A stretch of DNA of 64,000 bases from Eubacteriales bacterium (GTDB lineage: Bacteria > Bacillota > Clostridia > Oscillospirales > CAG-272), in the NCBI GenBank assembly GCA_045636465.1, contig JAZTXP010000013.1:24686-88685 (forward strand). Direction: 5' to 3'. Shown here piece after piece: positions 1 through 9,917 of the stretch. A program made the position numbers and the translations under genes. Positions within the stretch are counted from its first letter, which is position 1. Each line of letters begins with the position of its first letter. The notes below the pieces were generated by a model. The model made no database searches. It worked only from the letters and a program-made list of their open reading frames with translations, and was not told the origin of the DNA.

Positions 1-337
1 CACCTATCAGATAGGCGTTATCAAGGCCATGGGAGGCAGAAGCAGAGATATAGCAAAAATATTCGTGCTTGAGAACCTAGTTATAACTGTAGCTATATGG
101 ATAATCAGCTATATAGGCTCACTACTGTTGGTGGATAAGGCAAACCGACTGATCTTGGATTCCTTTGAGGCCATTGTGGGAGAAAAATTCGGCAACCTTA
201 CCATTATCGCATTTTCCAACGAGCTTATACTTGCCGCATTTGCCCTGACATTGGTACTTGGTCTTGCCTCTACGGTAATTCCTCTTTTGATACTGCACTG
301 TATAAAGCCTATAAAGATCATCAAATCAAAGGAATAA
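1..337 (+). CDS. FtsX/MacB-type ABC transporter permease, C-terminal part (gene starts upstream of the window)
   Basis: Frame is open from nt 2 (TYQIGVIKAMGGRSRDIAKIFVLENL...). This resembles the conserved cytoplasmic loop plus last TM helices of FtsX-family permeases. Hydrophobic C-terminus; stop at 335-337. Confidence 0.75.
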   Translation, partial: TYQIGVIKAMGGRSRDIAKIFVLENLVITVAIWIISYIGSLLLVDKANRLILDSFEAIVGEKFGNLTIIAFSNELILAAFALTLVLGLASTVIPLLILHCIKPIKIIKSKE

Positions 338-425
338 TTCGGAAAAGGCATAGGATCACAGCCACCTATTGGTACCGGGGTGACCTTCCTTAAAAGATAA
401 AACAAAATTCCAAGATATAAAAACA

Positions 426-466
426 CGGTAGAGGTGCCATTGGCAATGCCTTTACCGTGCTTTTTT
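426..466. terminator. Bidirectional rho-independent terminator between convergent genes
   Basis: Stem CGGTAGAGG (426-434) / CCTTTACCG (449-457) with one mismatch. T6 run at 461-466, and an A-run upstream that gives a U-run on the other strand. Confidence 0.6.
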
Positions 467-479
467 ATATACTGTCAGT

Positions 480-1001
480 TTATTGAAGTCGCGACATATA
501 TTCCTCGGGAATTTGGCTTTTGTCGGTGAGAGTGCCTATAAGCTTTATCACCAAGGGGGCGATCTCGGGAGAGAGATTCAGATACCAATCAATGCTCTCC
601 TTGATATATCTGACTCTGAACTCCTCGGAGCATTCGTGGGCGCAGGAGAGATTGTGTATTCTGTCTGCCGCCTTAACCCGTCGGGCAATCGGGTTTTCCA
701 AGATTCCTCTCATATAGTCCGCCATTGCGTAGCCCGGCTGCTTTGTAAGAAGCTTTACGGCAGCGAGGACTTCCTCGCTGCTGAGGGCGAGAATTTCAGC
801 CTCGGTAGCATCGGTATCCTCTAAGAGATCGTGGAAGAGTCCTGAAAGAATATACTCCTCGCCAAGGCCGCGATCTGCCATCATTTGCGCTACAGCCATG
901 GGGTGCGTGATATAAGGTATTCCGCCTCTTCTTGTCTGACCCTCGTGTTTTTTAGTAGCAAACGACAATGCTTGTTTACATTTTACAGAGTTTTCTATCA
1001 T
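480..1001 (-). CDS. HD-domain (p)ppGpp pyrophosphohydrolase, small-alarmone-hydrolase type (RelA/SpoT hydrolase domain only)
   Basis: 173 aa with motifs HPMAVAQMM, LFHDLLEDT and KAADRIHNL, typical of RSH hydrolase domains. No synthetase domain. Start overlaps the glgB stop as ATGA (998-1001). Confidence 0.75.
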   Translation of the reverse strand: MIENSVKCKQALSFATKKHEGQTRRGGIPYITHPMAVAQMMADRGLGEEYILSGLFHDLLEDTDATEAEILALSSEEVLAAVKLLTKQPGYAMADYMRGILENPIARRVKAADRIHNLSCAHECSEEFRVRYIKESIDWYLNLSPEIAPLVIKLIGTLTDKSQIPEEYMSRLQ

Positions 1002-2998
1002 TTTTCCACCTTCATAACGAGAGCGCTTCTGGCAGGAAGATATATATTGAAGCCTATTTTTCCACCATCTGTCTTTTTAGCATTATAAATCTCGCGAGCA
1101 ATTCTGCCGTGGCCGCCGAAGCAATAATCGTCGGTAGAAAGAACAGTTTTGTATTTTCCGCGAGGAAGGTTCTCGATAGTGTAATCGGGATAAGAGTTGT
1201 TAGGGCTGAAGTTGAAGGCGAATACGTAGTCACCTCTCCTGTATACCAAGACCTGCCTTTCGTTATCGTGAAGCACGTACTTTTCCTTTTTTTCAAACAG
1301 ACGTCCCTCTCTTATAATACCGATCATCGCCTTATCAAACTCGTTCATATACTCATATTGAAGCTGGGGATTATCAACAAGGCTCCACTGACGGCGGCAA
1401 TAGTAATGACTGAAGCCGTTACCCTCTCTCGGGAAGTCCAGCCACTCGGGATGGCCGAACTCGTTACCCATAAAGTTAAGGTAGCCCTCGCCTCCTGCAG
1501 TAGAAGTAAGAAGTCTTATCATCTTATGAAGAGAAATTCCGCGGAAGATAACGTCAGAGCCCGAGTCCTTCCTCATAGAGGTATACATCTCTGCGTCGCA
1601 AAGGCGAAAGATTATAGTCTTATCTCCTACAAGTGCCTGATCGTGAGATTCCGCGTATGCCACAGTCTTTTCATGTGGACGGCGGTTAATATGCTCCCAC
1701 CAGATCCAGCTCATATCCCACATCTCTGCGGGCTTATCCTTGATATGCTTTATCCAGAGATCGGGAAGTCCCATTGCAAGACGGAAGTCAAAGCCACATC
1801 CGCCATCCTTGATCTTCATGCACATACCGGGCATAGCCGACATATCCTCGGCTATGGTAATCGCGTGAGGATTGACCTCTCTTATAAGCTCGTTTGCAAG
1901 CTGAAGATAGGTGACAGCCTCTGTATCAGTATTGAGGGAGAAGTAATCCGCGTTGGATGTAAACGCCTTGCCAAGACCGTGATCGTGGTAAAGCATAGAT
2001 GTAACTCCGTCAAATCGGAATCCGTCAAAGTGATACTCGGTCATCCAGAACTTCAGGTTTGAAAGGAGGAAGTGGAGGACCTCGTTTTTATTGTAGTTAA
2101 AGAGCTTGGTATCCCAAGCGGGGTGATGGCCCTTAGCACCATCGTGGAAATACTGATAAGGCGTGGTATCAAACTCAAAGAGACCCTCGTTGGGATTCTT
2201 AATAGCATGGGAGTGAACCACGTCGAGAAGAACGGTTATCCCCATCTTGTGAGCGGTATCCACAAGGCTCTTCAGCTCATTGGGATCGCCGTAGCGGGAG
2301 GATGCCGCAAAGAAGGATGAAACCTGGTAGCCGAAGGAGCCGTAATAGGGATGCTCCATTATAGCCATTATCTGAATGGTATTATAGCCCTGCTCCTTTA
2401 TTCTGGGGAGGATATTATCGCGGAATTCCACGTATGTTCCTACCTTCTCCTCCTCCTGAGCCATACCCACGTGACATTCGTATATAAGCACGTTTTTATC
2501 GGGGATAAAGCCATCGTCCTGCCACTGATATTCGGGAAGGTCAACTATCTGGGCGCACCAAGCGTAGTTTCCCTTATCCTGAACTACCCTTCTTGCGTAT
2601 ACGGGAATTCTCTCAACGAATTTGCCATTTCCCTCAACTACGACCTTAACGTGACAGCCGTGGAAAAGATTCTTTTCTGGGGGCAAAACAAGCTCGAAAA
2701 CGCCGTTATCAAGACGGGTCATACGAAGATCGCGAGGCTCCCATCCGTTCATATCGCCGATGAGATAAAGGGCGTCTGCACCCGGCGCCCACTCTCTGTA
2801 GACCCAGGAGCCGTCCTCTCTTTTATGGAAGCCGAAATACTCGTGGGCATTGGCGAAATCAATAAGCCTTCCGCGCTTGCCAACCAGCTCCGCTTTCTTT
2901 CTCTTATAGTTCTCCATACGGAGATTTATATCTGCCTCAAACTCTAAAAGTCTGGGATCGTAATCAAAAATCTTTAATTTTCTGTCTTGAGTAGCCAT
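998..2998 (-). CDS. glgB: 1,4-alpha-glucan branching enzyme (GH13)
   Basis: Full-length similarity pattern to GlgB, with GH13 regions DVVHSH, GFRFDGVTSM, IAEDMS and ESHDQ. The track start at 3016 is a GTG. The ATG at 2998 is preceded by AAAGGAG with 8-nt spacing and is preferred. Confidence 0.9.
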   Translation of the reverse strand: MATQDRKLKIFDYDPRLLEFEADINLRMENYKRKKAELVGKRGRLIDFANAHEYFGFHKREDGSWVYREWAPGADALYLIGDMNGWEPRDLRMTRLDNGVFELVLPPEKNLFHGCHVKVVVEGNGKFVERIPVYARRVVQDKGNYAWCAQIVDLPEYQWQDDGFIPDKNVLIYECHVGMAQEEEKVGTYVEFRDNILPRIKEQGYNTIQIMAIMEHPYYGSFGYQVSSFFAASSRYGDPNELKSLVDTAHKMGITVLLDVVHSHAIKNPNEGLFEFDTTPYQYFHDGAKGHHPAWDTKLFNYNKNEVLHFLLSNLKFWMTEYHFDGFRFDGVTSMLYHDHGLGKAFTSNADYFSLNTDTEAVTYLQLANELIREVNPHAITIAEDMSAMPGMCMKIKDGGCGFDFRLAMGLPDLWIKHIKDKPAEMWDMSWIWWEHINRRPHEKTVAYAESHDQALVGDKTIIFRLCDAEMYTSMRKDSGSDVIFRGISLHKMIRLLTSTAGGEGYLNFMGNEFGHPEWLDFPREGNGFSHYYCRRQWSLVDNPQLQYEYMNEFDKAMIGIIREGRLFEKKEKYVLHDNERQVLVYRRGDYVFAFNFSPNNSYPDYTIENLPRGKYKTVLSTDDYCFGGHGRIAREIYNAKKTDGGKIGFNIYLPARSALVMKVEK

Positions 2999-3022
2999 AT
3001 CAAAAGCTCCTTTCACATAAAA

Positions 3023-3526
3023 TCAATATCCGCTGATGGGAATACCCGTATCATCCTCACCCTTGGTGATCCTTCTGATTTCCACATAATATGAGGAGGT
3101 GGGATTTACAACTACCTCTACTCTGTCGCCTACCTTATGTCCCATAAGAGCCGAGCCTAGAGGCGACTCCTTGGATACGTAGCCGAGAAGCGCATTCTGA
3201 CGGAGGGTGGTAACGATCTCTATCTCCTTCTCCTTACCCATCTTCTCGTTGTATATTAGAACCTTATCAAAAAGGGATACCACGCCCTCGCTCGAATCCA
3301 CATCTATGACCCTCGCAGTCCTGATCATATTTTCAAGATAGCGGATGCGGCTCTCATTTTTGCGCTTCTCCCTTTTCGCCTCCTTGTATTCGGCGTTTTC
3401 GGAAAGGTCACCGTACTCGCGGGTTCGCTTAAGCTCTGCGCCAAGCTGCGGAGCAAGAGTCACTCTGCGGTAGCGTATCTCCTCCTCCATTTTCTGTATA
3501 TCAACCTTGGTAAGCTCGTCGTACAT
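3023..3526 (-). CDS. greA: Transcription elongation factor GreA
   Basis: 167 aa with an N-terminal coiled-coil (LSENAEYKEAKREKR) and a C-terminal FKBP-like domain (SPLGSALMGHKVGD). Confidence 0.95.
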   Translation of the reverse strand: MYDELTKVDIQKMEEEIRYRRVTLAPQLGAELKRTREYGDLSENAEYKEAKREKRKNESRIRYLENMIRTARVIDVDSSEGVVSLFDKVLIYNEKMGKEKEIEIVTTLRQNALLGYVSKESPLGSALMGHKVGDRVEVVVNPTSSYYVEIRRITKGEDDTGIPISGY

Positions 3527-3560
3527 TAAAAGAAAAACTCCTTGTTTTACTTAGAAGAGA

Positions 3561-3594
3561 GGCCATGCCAAATGAATGGCACGGCCGTTTTTTT
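3561..3594. terminator. GC-rich hairpin between ackA and greA (terminator-like)
   Basis: GGCCATGCCA (3561-3570) / TGGCACGGCC (3577-3586). A T7 run follows on the + strand. On the minus strand the U-tract is weak (TCTCTTCT), so read-through from ackA to greA is possible. Confidence 0.45.
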
Positions 3595-3600
3595 GCAAAA

Positions 3601-4800
3601 TTATTTAAGACCGTTCACGATTTCGAGCGTATCTCTTGCGATCATAAGCTCCTCGTTTGTAGGAAGAACGTAAACTTTAATTGTCGAATCAGGGGTAGAA
3701 ATCTCTACTTCCTCGCCTCTGATCTTGTTCTTGGCCTCGTCGATTTTAACTCCCATAAAGGCAAGCTTCTCGCATACCGCGCTTCTGTACTCGCCTGCAT
3801 TCTCGCCGATGCCGCCGGTGAATACGATAGCATCTGTACCGCCCATGCAGGTGATGTAAGAGCCAACGTACTTAGCGATCTGGTGCTTGTACATCTCAAC
3901 TACGAGCTTGCATCTTTCGTTGCCCTCTGCCGCGAGGTTACCGATCTCCTGGTTATCGCTGGTGATCTCGGTTACACCTAGCATACCCGATCTCTTGTTA
4001 AGGAATCTGTCAACGTCGTCTGCTGTGGTAAGCTCGCCCTTTCTCATAAGGTAAGGGATGATAGCGGGATCGATAGAGCCTGCGCGAGTACCCATCATAA
4101 TACCCTCTGCGGGAGTAACGCCCATAGAGGTGTCGTAGCACTTACCACCCTTAACAGCTGCGAAAGAAGCGCCGTTACCAAGGTGGCAGGTAACGATGTT
4201 GCACTGATCAGCGGGCTTGCCAAGGTGAGCGATAGCGCGCTGTGTAACATATCTGTGAGAGGTACCGTGGAAGCCGTAGCGGCGGATGTGGTACTTCTCG
4301 TAATATTCGTAAGGAATCGCATACATATAAGAGGATGCGGGCATTGTCTGATGGAAGGATGTATCAAACACCGCTACCTGAGGAACGGACATGATCTTCT
4401 CGCACTCTACGATGCCCTTAAGGTTTGCAGGGTTATGAAGAGGGCCAAGGTCGCAGCATTCCTCGATGATTGCCTTAACCTCATCGGTAACGAGAACAGA
4501 GCCGGAAAGCTTTGCGCCGCCGTGAAGAACTCTGTGTCCTACCGCGCTGATCTCGGAGGTGGACTTGATAACGCCCTTATCCTCGGAAACGAGAGTATCA
4601 AGAACGAGCTGAAGCGCTACTGCGTGGTTAGGCATATCGGGTGTTGCCTTATAAGTATCCTTTTCCGGAACGGAATATTTGAATCTGGACTTGCCGCCGA
4701 TCTCCTCGCAAATACCCTTTGCAATTACAGACTCGTTCTCCATGTCGATAAGCTGGAACTTAAGGGAAGAGCTGCCTGCGTTAATAACTAAAACCTTCAT
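3601..4800 (-). CDS. ackA: Acetate kinase
   Basis: 399 aa. MKVLVINAGSSSLKFQL N-terminus and conserved GFHGTSH and TGGIGEN motifs. Confidence 0.95.
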   Translation of the reverse strand: MKVLVINAGSSSLKFQLIDMENESVIAKGICEEIGGKSRFKYSVPEKDTYKATPDMPNHAVALQLVLDTLVSEDKGVIKSTSEISAVGHRVLHGGAKLSGSVLVTDEVKAIIEECCDLGPLHNPANLKGIVECEKIMSVPQVAVFDTSFHQTMPASSYMYAIPYEYYEKYHIRRYGFHGTSHRYVTQRAIAHLGKPADQCNIVTCHLGNGASFAAVKGGKCYDTSMGVTPAEGIMMGTRAGSIDPAIIPYLMRKGELTTADDVDRFLNKRSGMLGVTEITSDNQEIGNLAAEGNERCKLVVEMYKHQIAKYVGSYITCMGGTDAIVFTGGIGENAGEYRSAVCEKLAFMGVKIDEAKNKIRGEEVEISTPDSTIKVYVLPTNEELMIARDTLEIVNGLK

Positions 4801-4838
4801 TTTGTTGTTTCTCCTTCTTGGAAATTATATTTTTTATT

Positions 4839-5345
4839 TTACATATTTGTTGGAATAAAGGATATGAGAGTTTCGAAGTCCCTGGTGATAACAAGGTAAA
4901 GCACTACCACGATTATACCGATTCCTACACCGCAAATCACCTGCAAGGGAGTGTGTCCCACAAGGGTTTTAAGCTTTTCGAGCTTGACCTCCTCATCATG
5001 CTCCAGAAGATACTCATTGAATGTCTCGGCAAGCTCGATGATGGAACGCGCATGCTTTCCTGCCTCCTGGCGCACGCCTGTAGCATCGTGCATTACAACG
5101 ATAGCAAAAACCATAGCAATGCCAAAGATCGGATTGTCAAATCCCAGCCTAAAGCCGGTCATCAGTGCCATTGCCGTTACTGTTGCAGAATGTCCTGATG
5201 GCATACCGCCGTCACCAAAAAGGCGCTCAACGTTCAAACGCTTAGTCACGATTGCGTTGATAACTATCTTCGTAAGCTGCGCGATAAGCCAGGATGCCAG
5301 AGAAACTATAAGAACGTCGTTGCCTATAATGCCTAAAATACCCAT
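4839..5345 (-). CDS. Divergent PAP2-family membrane protein (DUF212, acid phosphatase/vanadium-haloperoxidase-related)
   Basis: 168 aa, multi-TM, with motifs GGMPSGHSATV and GHTPLQV. Confidence 0.8.
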   Translation of the reverse strand: MGILGIIGNDVLIVSLASWLIAQLTKIVINAIVTKRLNVERLFGDGGMPSGHSATVTAMALMTGFRLGFDNPIFGIAMVFAIVVMHDATGVRQEAGKHARSIIELAETFNEYLLEHDEEVKLEKLKTLVGHTPLQVICGVGIGIIVVVLYLVITRDFETLISFIPTNM

Positions 5346-5523
5346 TTATTATCTCCCTTTTAAACTTAGCAATTGATTTTTGCTCATACATAGTTATTTT
5401 AACATTTATTTTATATTTTTGCAATAGTTTTTGTAATATTTTTCTCAAATATTTAGAAAACCGCGGTTTTTTGAATTTTTTTTGAATATTTTATTAATAA
5501 TTGTAAATTTGAACGAATATCAG

Positions 5524-5552
5524 TTGACAAGAAAAGGGTTTTTATGTAAAAT
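5524..5552 (+). promoter_or_regulatory. Sigma-A type promoter for the small membrane protein gene
   Basis: TTGACA (5524-5529), 17-nt spacer, TAAAAT (5547-5552). Leaves a leader of about 90 nt before the ATG at 5649. Confidence 0.55.
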
Positions 5553-5648
5553 ATAAATAGGCATGGTAAGCCGCATTTTCTGTGGCTCAAGGACTTTTTT
5601 GATCCCCAGACACCCTTGCTGATTTTATTACTAAAAGGAGACCAAAAA

Positions 5649-5888
5649 ATGAAATTACTCAATGATCTCGTGAAAACTGTTGACAAGCTTCCTCAGCTTG
5701 TTAAGATCATCCTCTGCCTCCCCTTCCTTGACATCGTATGGGCTATCTACCGTATCGTTAAGGGCGTTGCTCACAAGGACTTTGTAGGCATTATTATCGG
5801 TATCATCTGGGTTGTTGGCGGATGCACCATTACATGGGTATTCGACCTTATCACAACCATTATGTACGGCCACCCCAAGCTTACCTAA
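5649..5888 (+). CDS. Small membrane protein, function unknown
   Basis: 79 aa from the ATG at 5649, preceded by AAAGGAG. Two predicted TM helices (LVKIILCLPFLDIVWAIY, IIIGIIWVVGGCTITWVF). Followed by a terminator. Confidence 0.55.
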   Translation: MKLLNDLVKTVDKLPQLVKIILCLPFLDIVWAIYRIVKGVAHKDFVGIIIGIIWVVGGCTITWVFDLITTIMYGHPKLT

Positions 5889-5930
5889 TTTAAGACGCTA
5901 AGTTCAATCTAAAAAACATCAGTTGAATAG

Positions 5931-5980
5931 AAAAACAGCGGTTATTGCTAATTTAAGTTGGCAAAAACCGCTGTTTTTTT
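5931..5980. terminator. Bidirectional rho-independent terminator
   Basis: AACAGCGGTT (5934-5943) / AACCGCTGTT (5966-5975), flanked by an A-run and a T7 run. Sits between convergent genes (small membrane protein + strand, ABC ATPase minus strand). Confidence 0.7.
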
Positions 5981-6155
5981 GCTGTATAGGCTGCGTGACA
6001 AGAAAAGTCGGGTGCGACGACTTTTTTTGATAACTGCAAGACACAACGAAAGAAGATCAAATTTCGCCTTCAGCTACATCTCCATTCTCCGCTTTACCAC
6101 CCTGAAAAGGGACGGCGTGATGCCCGATAAGAGCATCACGCCGTGTAAGTATTTA

Positions 6156-7280
6156 TCAGAAGAGAAGATTCTGCTCTGTCTTGGGATCGAAGAAGTGCAT
6201 TACCTTACCCTCGAAGGTAACGTAAATTGTTGCACCTGCAACGAGCGCGTTTCTGATACCGTCATCAAGAGAAACAGTGGGAACACGAACGATGAGTCTG
6301 TCACCTGTTGCGGTTGCAACGTGGAGGTGAAGCTCGCTACCCATCATTTCATTAACCTCGATCTTGCAAGCGATTGCGCCGGGGTTATTCTTGTTGGTGA
6401 GCTTGATATGCTCGGGACGAACGCCGAGAATGATATCTCCGCCGCCAATATTCTTAGCTCTAAGCATATCTGCCTTCTTGCCGTCAACGAGGATCTTCGC
6501 GCCGTAAGCTGTTACGTAGTGGTGGCCACCCTCGTAATAAAGCTTGGAACGGAAGGTATTCATCTTGGGAGCGCCGATGAACTCAGCAACGAAGAGGTTC
6601 TTGGGCATATCGAATACCTCTGTGGGAGTGCCAACCTGCTGGATGAAGCCGTCCTTCATAATAACGATACGGTCACCGAGAGTCATAGCCTCTGTCTGGT
6701 CGTGTGTTACGTAAATGAAGGTTGTATCGATCTTCTTACGGAGAAGAATGATCTCTGCTCTCATCTGGTTACGAAGCTTTGCGTCAAGGTTAGAGAGAGG
6801 TTCGTCCATAAGGAATACCTTGGAGTCACGAACCATCGCACGGCCGATAGCAACTCTCTGACGCTGACCGCCGGAAAGAGCTCTGGGCTTTCTTGCGAGG
6901 AACTCGGTAATGCCGAGAATCTCTGCTGCGTTAGTAACCTTTGCATAAACCTCTTTCTGAGGCATCTTCTTAAGGCGAAGGCTGAACGCCATATTTTCAA
7001 ATACTGTAAGGTGAGGATAAAGCGCATAGTTCTGGAATACCATGGCGATATCACGGTCACGGGGCTGAAGGTCGTTTACAACAACGCCGTCGATCTCGAC
7101 TGTACCTTCAGAAATGTCCTCAAGACCTGCGATCATACGGAGAGTGGTGGACTTACCGCATCCCGAAGGACCTACGAAAACAATAAATTCCTTGTCGGCA
7201 ATCTCAAGGTTGAAGTCCTGAACCGCAACCGTATTCTTGCCGTATATCTTTTTAACATTAGTTAATTTTACTGAAGCCAT
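6156..7280 (-). CDS. Sugar ABC transporter ATP-binding protein (MsmK/MsmX/MalK family)
   Basis: 374 aa. Walker A GPSGCGKST, signature LSGGQRQR, Walker B FLMDEPLSNLD, and a C-terminal TOBE-like regulatory domain. Confidence 0.9.
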   Translation of the reverse strand: MASVKLTNVKKIYGKNTVAVQDFNLEIADKEFIVFVGPSGCGKSTTLRMIAGLEDISEGTVEIDGVVVNDLQPRDRDIAMVFQNYALYPHLTVFENMAFSLRLKKMPQKEVYAKVTNAAEILGITEFLARKPRALSGGQRQRVAIGRAMVRDSKVFLMDEPLSNLDAKLRNQMRAEIILLRKKIDTTFIYVTHDQTEAMTLGDRIVIMKDGFIQQVGTPTEVFDMPKNLFVAEFIGAPKMNTFRSKLYYEGGHHYVTAYGAKILVDGKKADMLRAKNIGGGDIILGVRPEHIKLTNKNNPGAIACKIEVNEMMGSELHLHVATATGDRLIVRVPTVSLDDGIRNALVAGATIYVTFEGKVMHFFDPKTEQNLLF

Positions 7281-7301
7281 TTTAATTCTCCTATCTTTAA
7301 G

Positions 7302-8186
7302 TTAGCCCTTAACTGCGCCGCCTGTTACACCCTCAACGTAATACTTCTGAAGGAGAAGGAAGACGGTAACTACGGGGATCGCTACGATAACGCCCGCAGC
7401 ACAGAACATAGTATAGTTAGTGTTTACAATAGTTGCCGAAAGCCACTCGTGCATACCAACGGCAACGGTCATACCTGCGCTATTCTCGTGAATGAGGTAC
7501 TTAGCCATCATAAAGTCGCCCCAAGGAGCCATGAAGCCCATAAGTATGGTGTAAATGATGATAGGCTTGGAGAGAGGAAGGATAACCTTGTAAAGCACCT
7601 GGAAACGGGTAGCACCGTCAACTCTTGCAGCCTCGTCAAGGCTTCTGGAAATGGTATCAAAGAAGCCCTTGGATACGTGGTATCCCATACCGGAAGATGC
7701 GCAATAAACGATGATAAGACCGAGAGGAGCCTGCGCCTCAATAAGATGCAAGTCTGCAAACACCTTGTAAATAAGAATCATAGTAAGGAAGCCGGGGAAC
7801 ATGCCAAGAACAAGCATAAAGTTCATCAGGCCCTTTCTGCCCTTGAATCTCATTCTGGAAAGGGTGTAAGACATTGTAAGAACGAAGAATGTCTGAATGA
7901 AAGCGGTTGCAACACCGATTATAGCGGTATTGGAGAACCAGCTAAGGAAGTCGGTTTCATTGAAGAGTCTCATATAGTTATCAAGACCGAATTCCTTGGG
8001 GATAAGATATCCAACCATATCAGGACGCTCAACTCTGAAGGACTCAAGCACGATTCCGAAGAAGGGGAAGAGCCAAACTACAGTGATTGTAATGAGAAGG
8101 ATGTATATCAATGTATTACCAAGTCTTCTGCTTGCCTTTGCGCCGAGACCGGTTTTCTGGATGGTGGAGGTATTATTCTTTTTCAT
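7302..8186 (-). CDS. CUT1 sugar ABC transporter permease (MalG/GanQ-like)
   Basis: 294 aa, 6 TM, with an EAA loop (LDEAARVDGATRFQVLYKVILP). Confidence 0.9.
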   Translation of the reverse strand: MKKNNTSTIQKTGLGAKASRRLGNTLIYILLITITVVWLFPFFGIVLESFRVERPDMVGYLIPKEFGLDNYMRLFNETDFLSWFSNTAIIGVATAFIQTFFVLTMSYTLSRMRFKGRKGLMNFMLVLGMFPGFLTMILIYKVFADLHLIEAQAPLGLIIVYCASSGMGYHVSKGFFDTISRSLDEAARVDGATRFQVLYKVILPLSKPIIIYTILMGFMAPWGDFMMAKYLIHENSAGMTVAVGMHEWLSATIVNTNYTMFCAAGVIVAIPVVTVFLLLQKYYVEGVTGGAVKG

Positions 8187-9745
8187 TATCCGAAGTCCTC
8201 CTCATTCTTTGTTGAAGGAATTACGTTATAAACAATCAGTGACAGGAATGCTACTACTACGAAGATAAGGATACCGACAACCGATGCGTAGTAATACTTG
8301 GAGGAGGAACTTCCGAGAGTCATCTTGAAGAGCCATGTGATAAGCAAATCTGTGTGACCTACAGATGCGCCGCCTGCGAGACCCTTGATGGGGTTACCGC
8401 CTGTCAGAAGGTAGATAACGTTGAAGTTATTAAGGTTTCCTACGAAGCTTGTAAGAAGGTAAGGACCTGTTACGAAGAGCATGTAGGGAAGTGTAATTTT
8501 TGTGAACTGCTGAACAGAGGATGCACCGTCGATCTTTGCAGACTCGTAAAGATCCTCAGGAATGTTCATAAGAATACCGGTAGCCATAAGCATAATGTAA
8601 GGAATACCGATCCAAATATTGATAACAATAAGAAGGATCTTAGCGGTTACAGGATCACCCCAGAGTGTGTAGACGTGGTTTGCTACAAGAGACTCGGGAA
8701 GAAGGTTATTCACCTTAAGGAAGCTACCGATAATACCCGAAGCATCAAAGAGCTTGGATACGTAAAGGAGAGATACGAACTGAGGAATAGCAATGGTCAT
8801 AACCAGAACTGTTCTCCAGAACTTCTTAAGTCTGATGCCCTTCTTGTTAATAGCCATAGCTACGAACATACCAAGGAAGTAGTTAGAGAAGGTTGCAAAG
8901 AAGGACCAGATAAGTGTCCAGGAAAGGATCTCGCCGAAGGCAAGACCGAGACCGCCCTCACCCATATCAAAGATCTCGTTGAAATGCTCAAGACCTACCC
9001 AACCGAAGAGGTTAGCATAACCGTCGTGGGCGCCGTCATAGCTTGTGAAGGCAATGAGGGACATATAGATGGTAGGAATAACTGTGAATACAAGAATACC
9101 GATAAGAGAGGGAGCAAGAAGAGTCTTGTGGAACTGGTCGTCAAGAAGAGACTGAAGGTCTTCCTTGCCGCTCTTGATCTTCTTACCGCTTGCTACGATG
9201 TCCATACAGGTCTTGCACTGCTTAACCTGCATTCTCCATGTCATAATGAAGCCGATGATGAAGAATACTGTAAGCATACCGTAAAGGAGAACTCTTACAG
9301 AGTCGTCACCGGGAACTCTCTCATAAACGTCGTAGATGGGGTTGTAAACAAGTCCGCTCTGTACAGTACCGATGGTCTTACCAACCTGGAACCACTGTAC
9401 CTTTTTAAGCCAGTGAATACCGCCGCTGGGAACTACCATATAAATACCGAAGATTATTTCGAAGATAAGGAAGAGGATACCTCTGAGCTTCTGGCCGTAA
9501 TGAAGATTACCGAGACCGAAGATAAGGAAGGACCATCTTACCGATCTGTTACCTCTTTTGAAGGTATTGAATATGTCAACGATCTCGTCCTTTACCCATA
9601 CGAGAGCGGTTTTGATAATGCTGAACAGCTTGCAGATAAGCCCCCAGATCCAACCGGGTATGGATAAGAAGAACATCAATACGTCGTACATAAACGCTGA
9701 AAATTTATTCAGCTTTAAATACTGTAAATCATTAATTCTTTTCAT
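8186..9745 (-). CDS. CUT1 sugar ABC transporter permease (MalF/GanP-like, extended N-terminus)
   Basis: 519 aa with an EAA loop (LYESAKIDGASSVQQFTKITLP) and extra N-terminal TM helices, as in MalF-type permeases. Confidence 0.85.
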   Translation of the reverse strand: MKRINDLQYLKLNKFSAFMYDVLMFFLSIPGWIWGLICKLFSIIKTALVWVKDEIVDIFNTFKRGNRSVRWSFLIFGLGNLHYGQKLRGILFLIFEIIFGIYMVVPSGGIHWLKKVQWFQVGKTIGTVQSGLVYNPIYDVYERVPGDDSVRVLLYGMLTVFFIIGFIMTWRMQVKQCKTCMDIVASGKKIKSGKEDLQSLLDDQFHKTLLAPSLIGILVFTVIPTIYMSLIAFTSYDGAHDGYANLFGWVGLEHFNEIFDMGEGGLGLAFGEILSWTLIWSFFATFSNYFLGMFVAMAINKKGIRLKKFWRTVLVMTIAIPQFVSLLYVSKLFDASGIIGSFLKVNNLLPESLVANHVYTLWGDPVTAKILLIVINIWIGIPYIMLMATGILMNIPEDLYESAKIDGASSVQQFTKITLPYMLFVTGPYLLTSFVGNLNNFNVIYLLTGGNPIKGLAGGASVGHTDLLITWLFKMTLGSSSSKYYYASVVGILIFVVVAFLSLIVYNVIPSTKNEEDFG

Positions 9746-9792
9746 AAATCAAACATATAAACCGAGTTTATATAACTCCTTTTTAATATGAG

Positions 9793-9892
9793 AAGGCATT
9801 ATTAGCCGATAGACAAGACAACTGTTGTCCTCATTGTACATTGGCTAACAATGCCTTATCTTACCTCGATGGGCGGGGGAAAATCCCCCGCC
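9793..9892 (-). promoter_or_regulatory. Two intercistronic stem-loops between the binding-protein gene and the permease genes
   Basis: Long hairpin AAGGCATTATTAGCC (9793-9807) / GGCTAACAATGCCTT (9843-9857). A second hairpin GGCGGGGGA-AAA-TCCCCCGCC lies at 9872-9892. This is the typical position for elements that stabilise or attenuate the SBP transcript. Confidence 0.5.
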
Positions 9893-9917
9893 ACCAAAGC
9901 TAAAATAATCTGTTAAA

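Noticed and set aside
5553-5648. The ~90-nt leader of the small membrane protein gene, with a hairpin (GCCGCA-TTTTC-TGTGGC) and a downstream U-run, considered as a riboswitch or attenuator.
   Set aside because: The hairpin is short, the U-run is separated from it by about 9 nt, and I recognise no conserved riboswitch core. It would need an Rfam scan or comparative data before any call.
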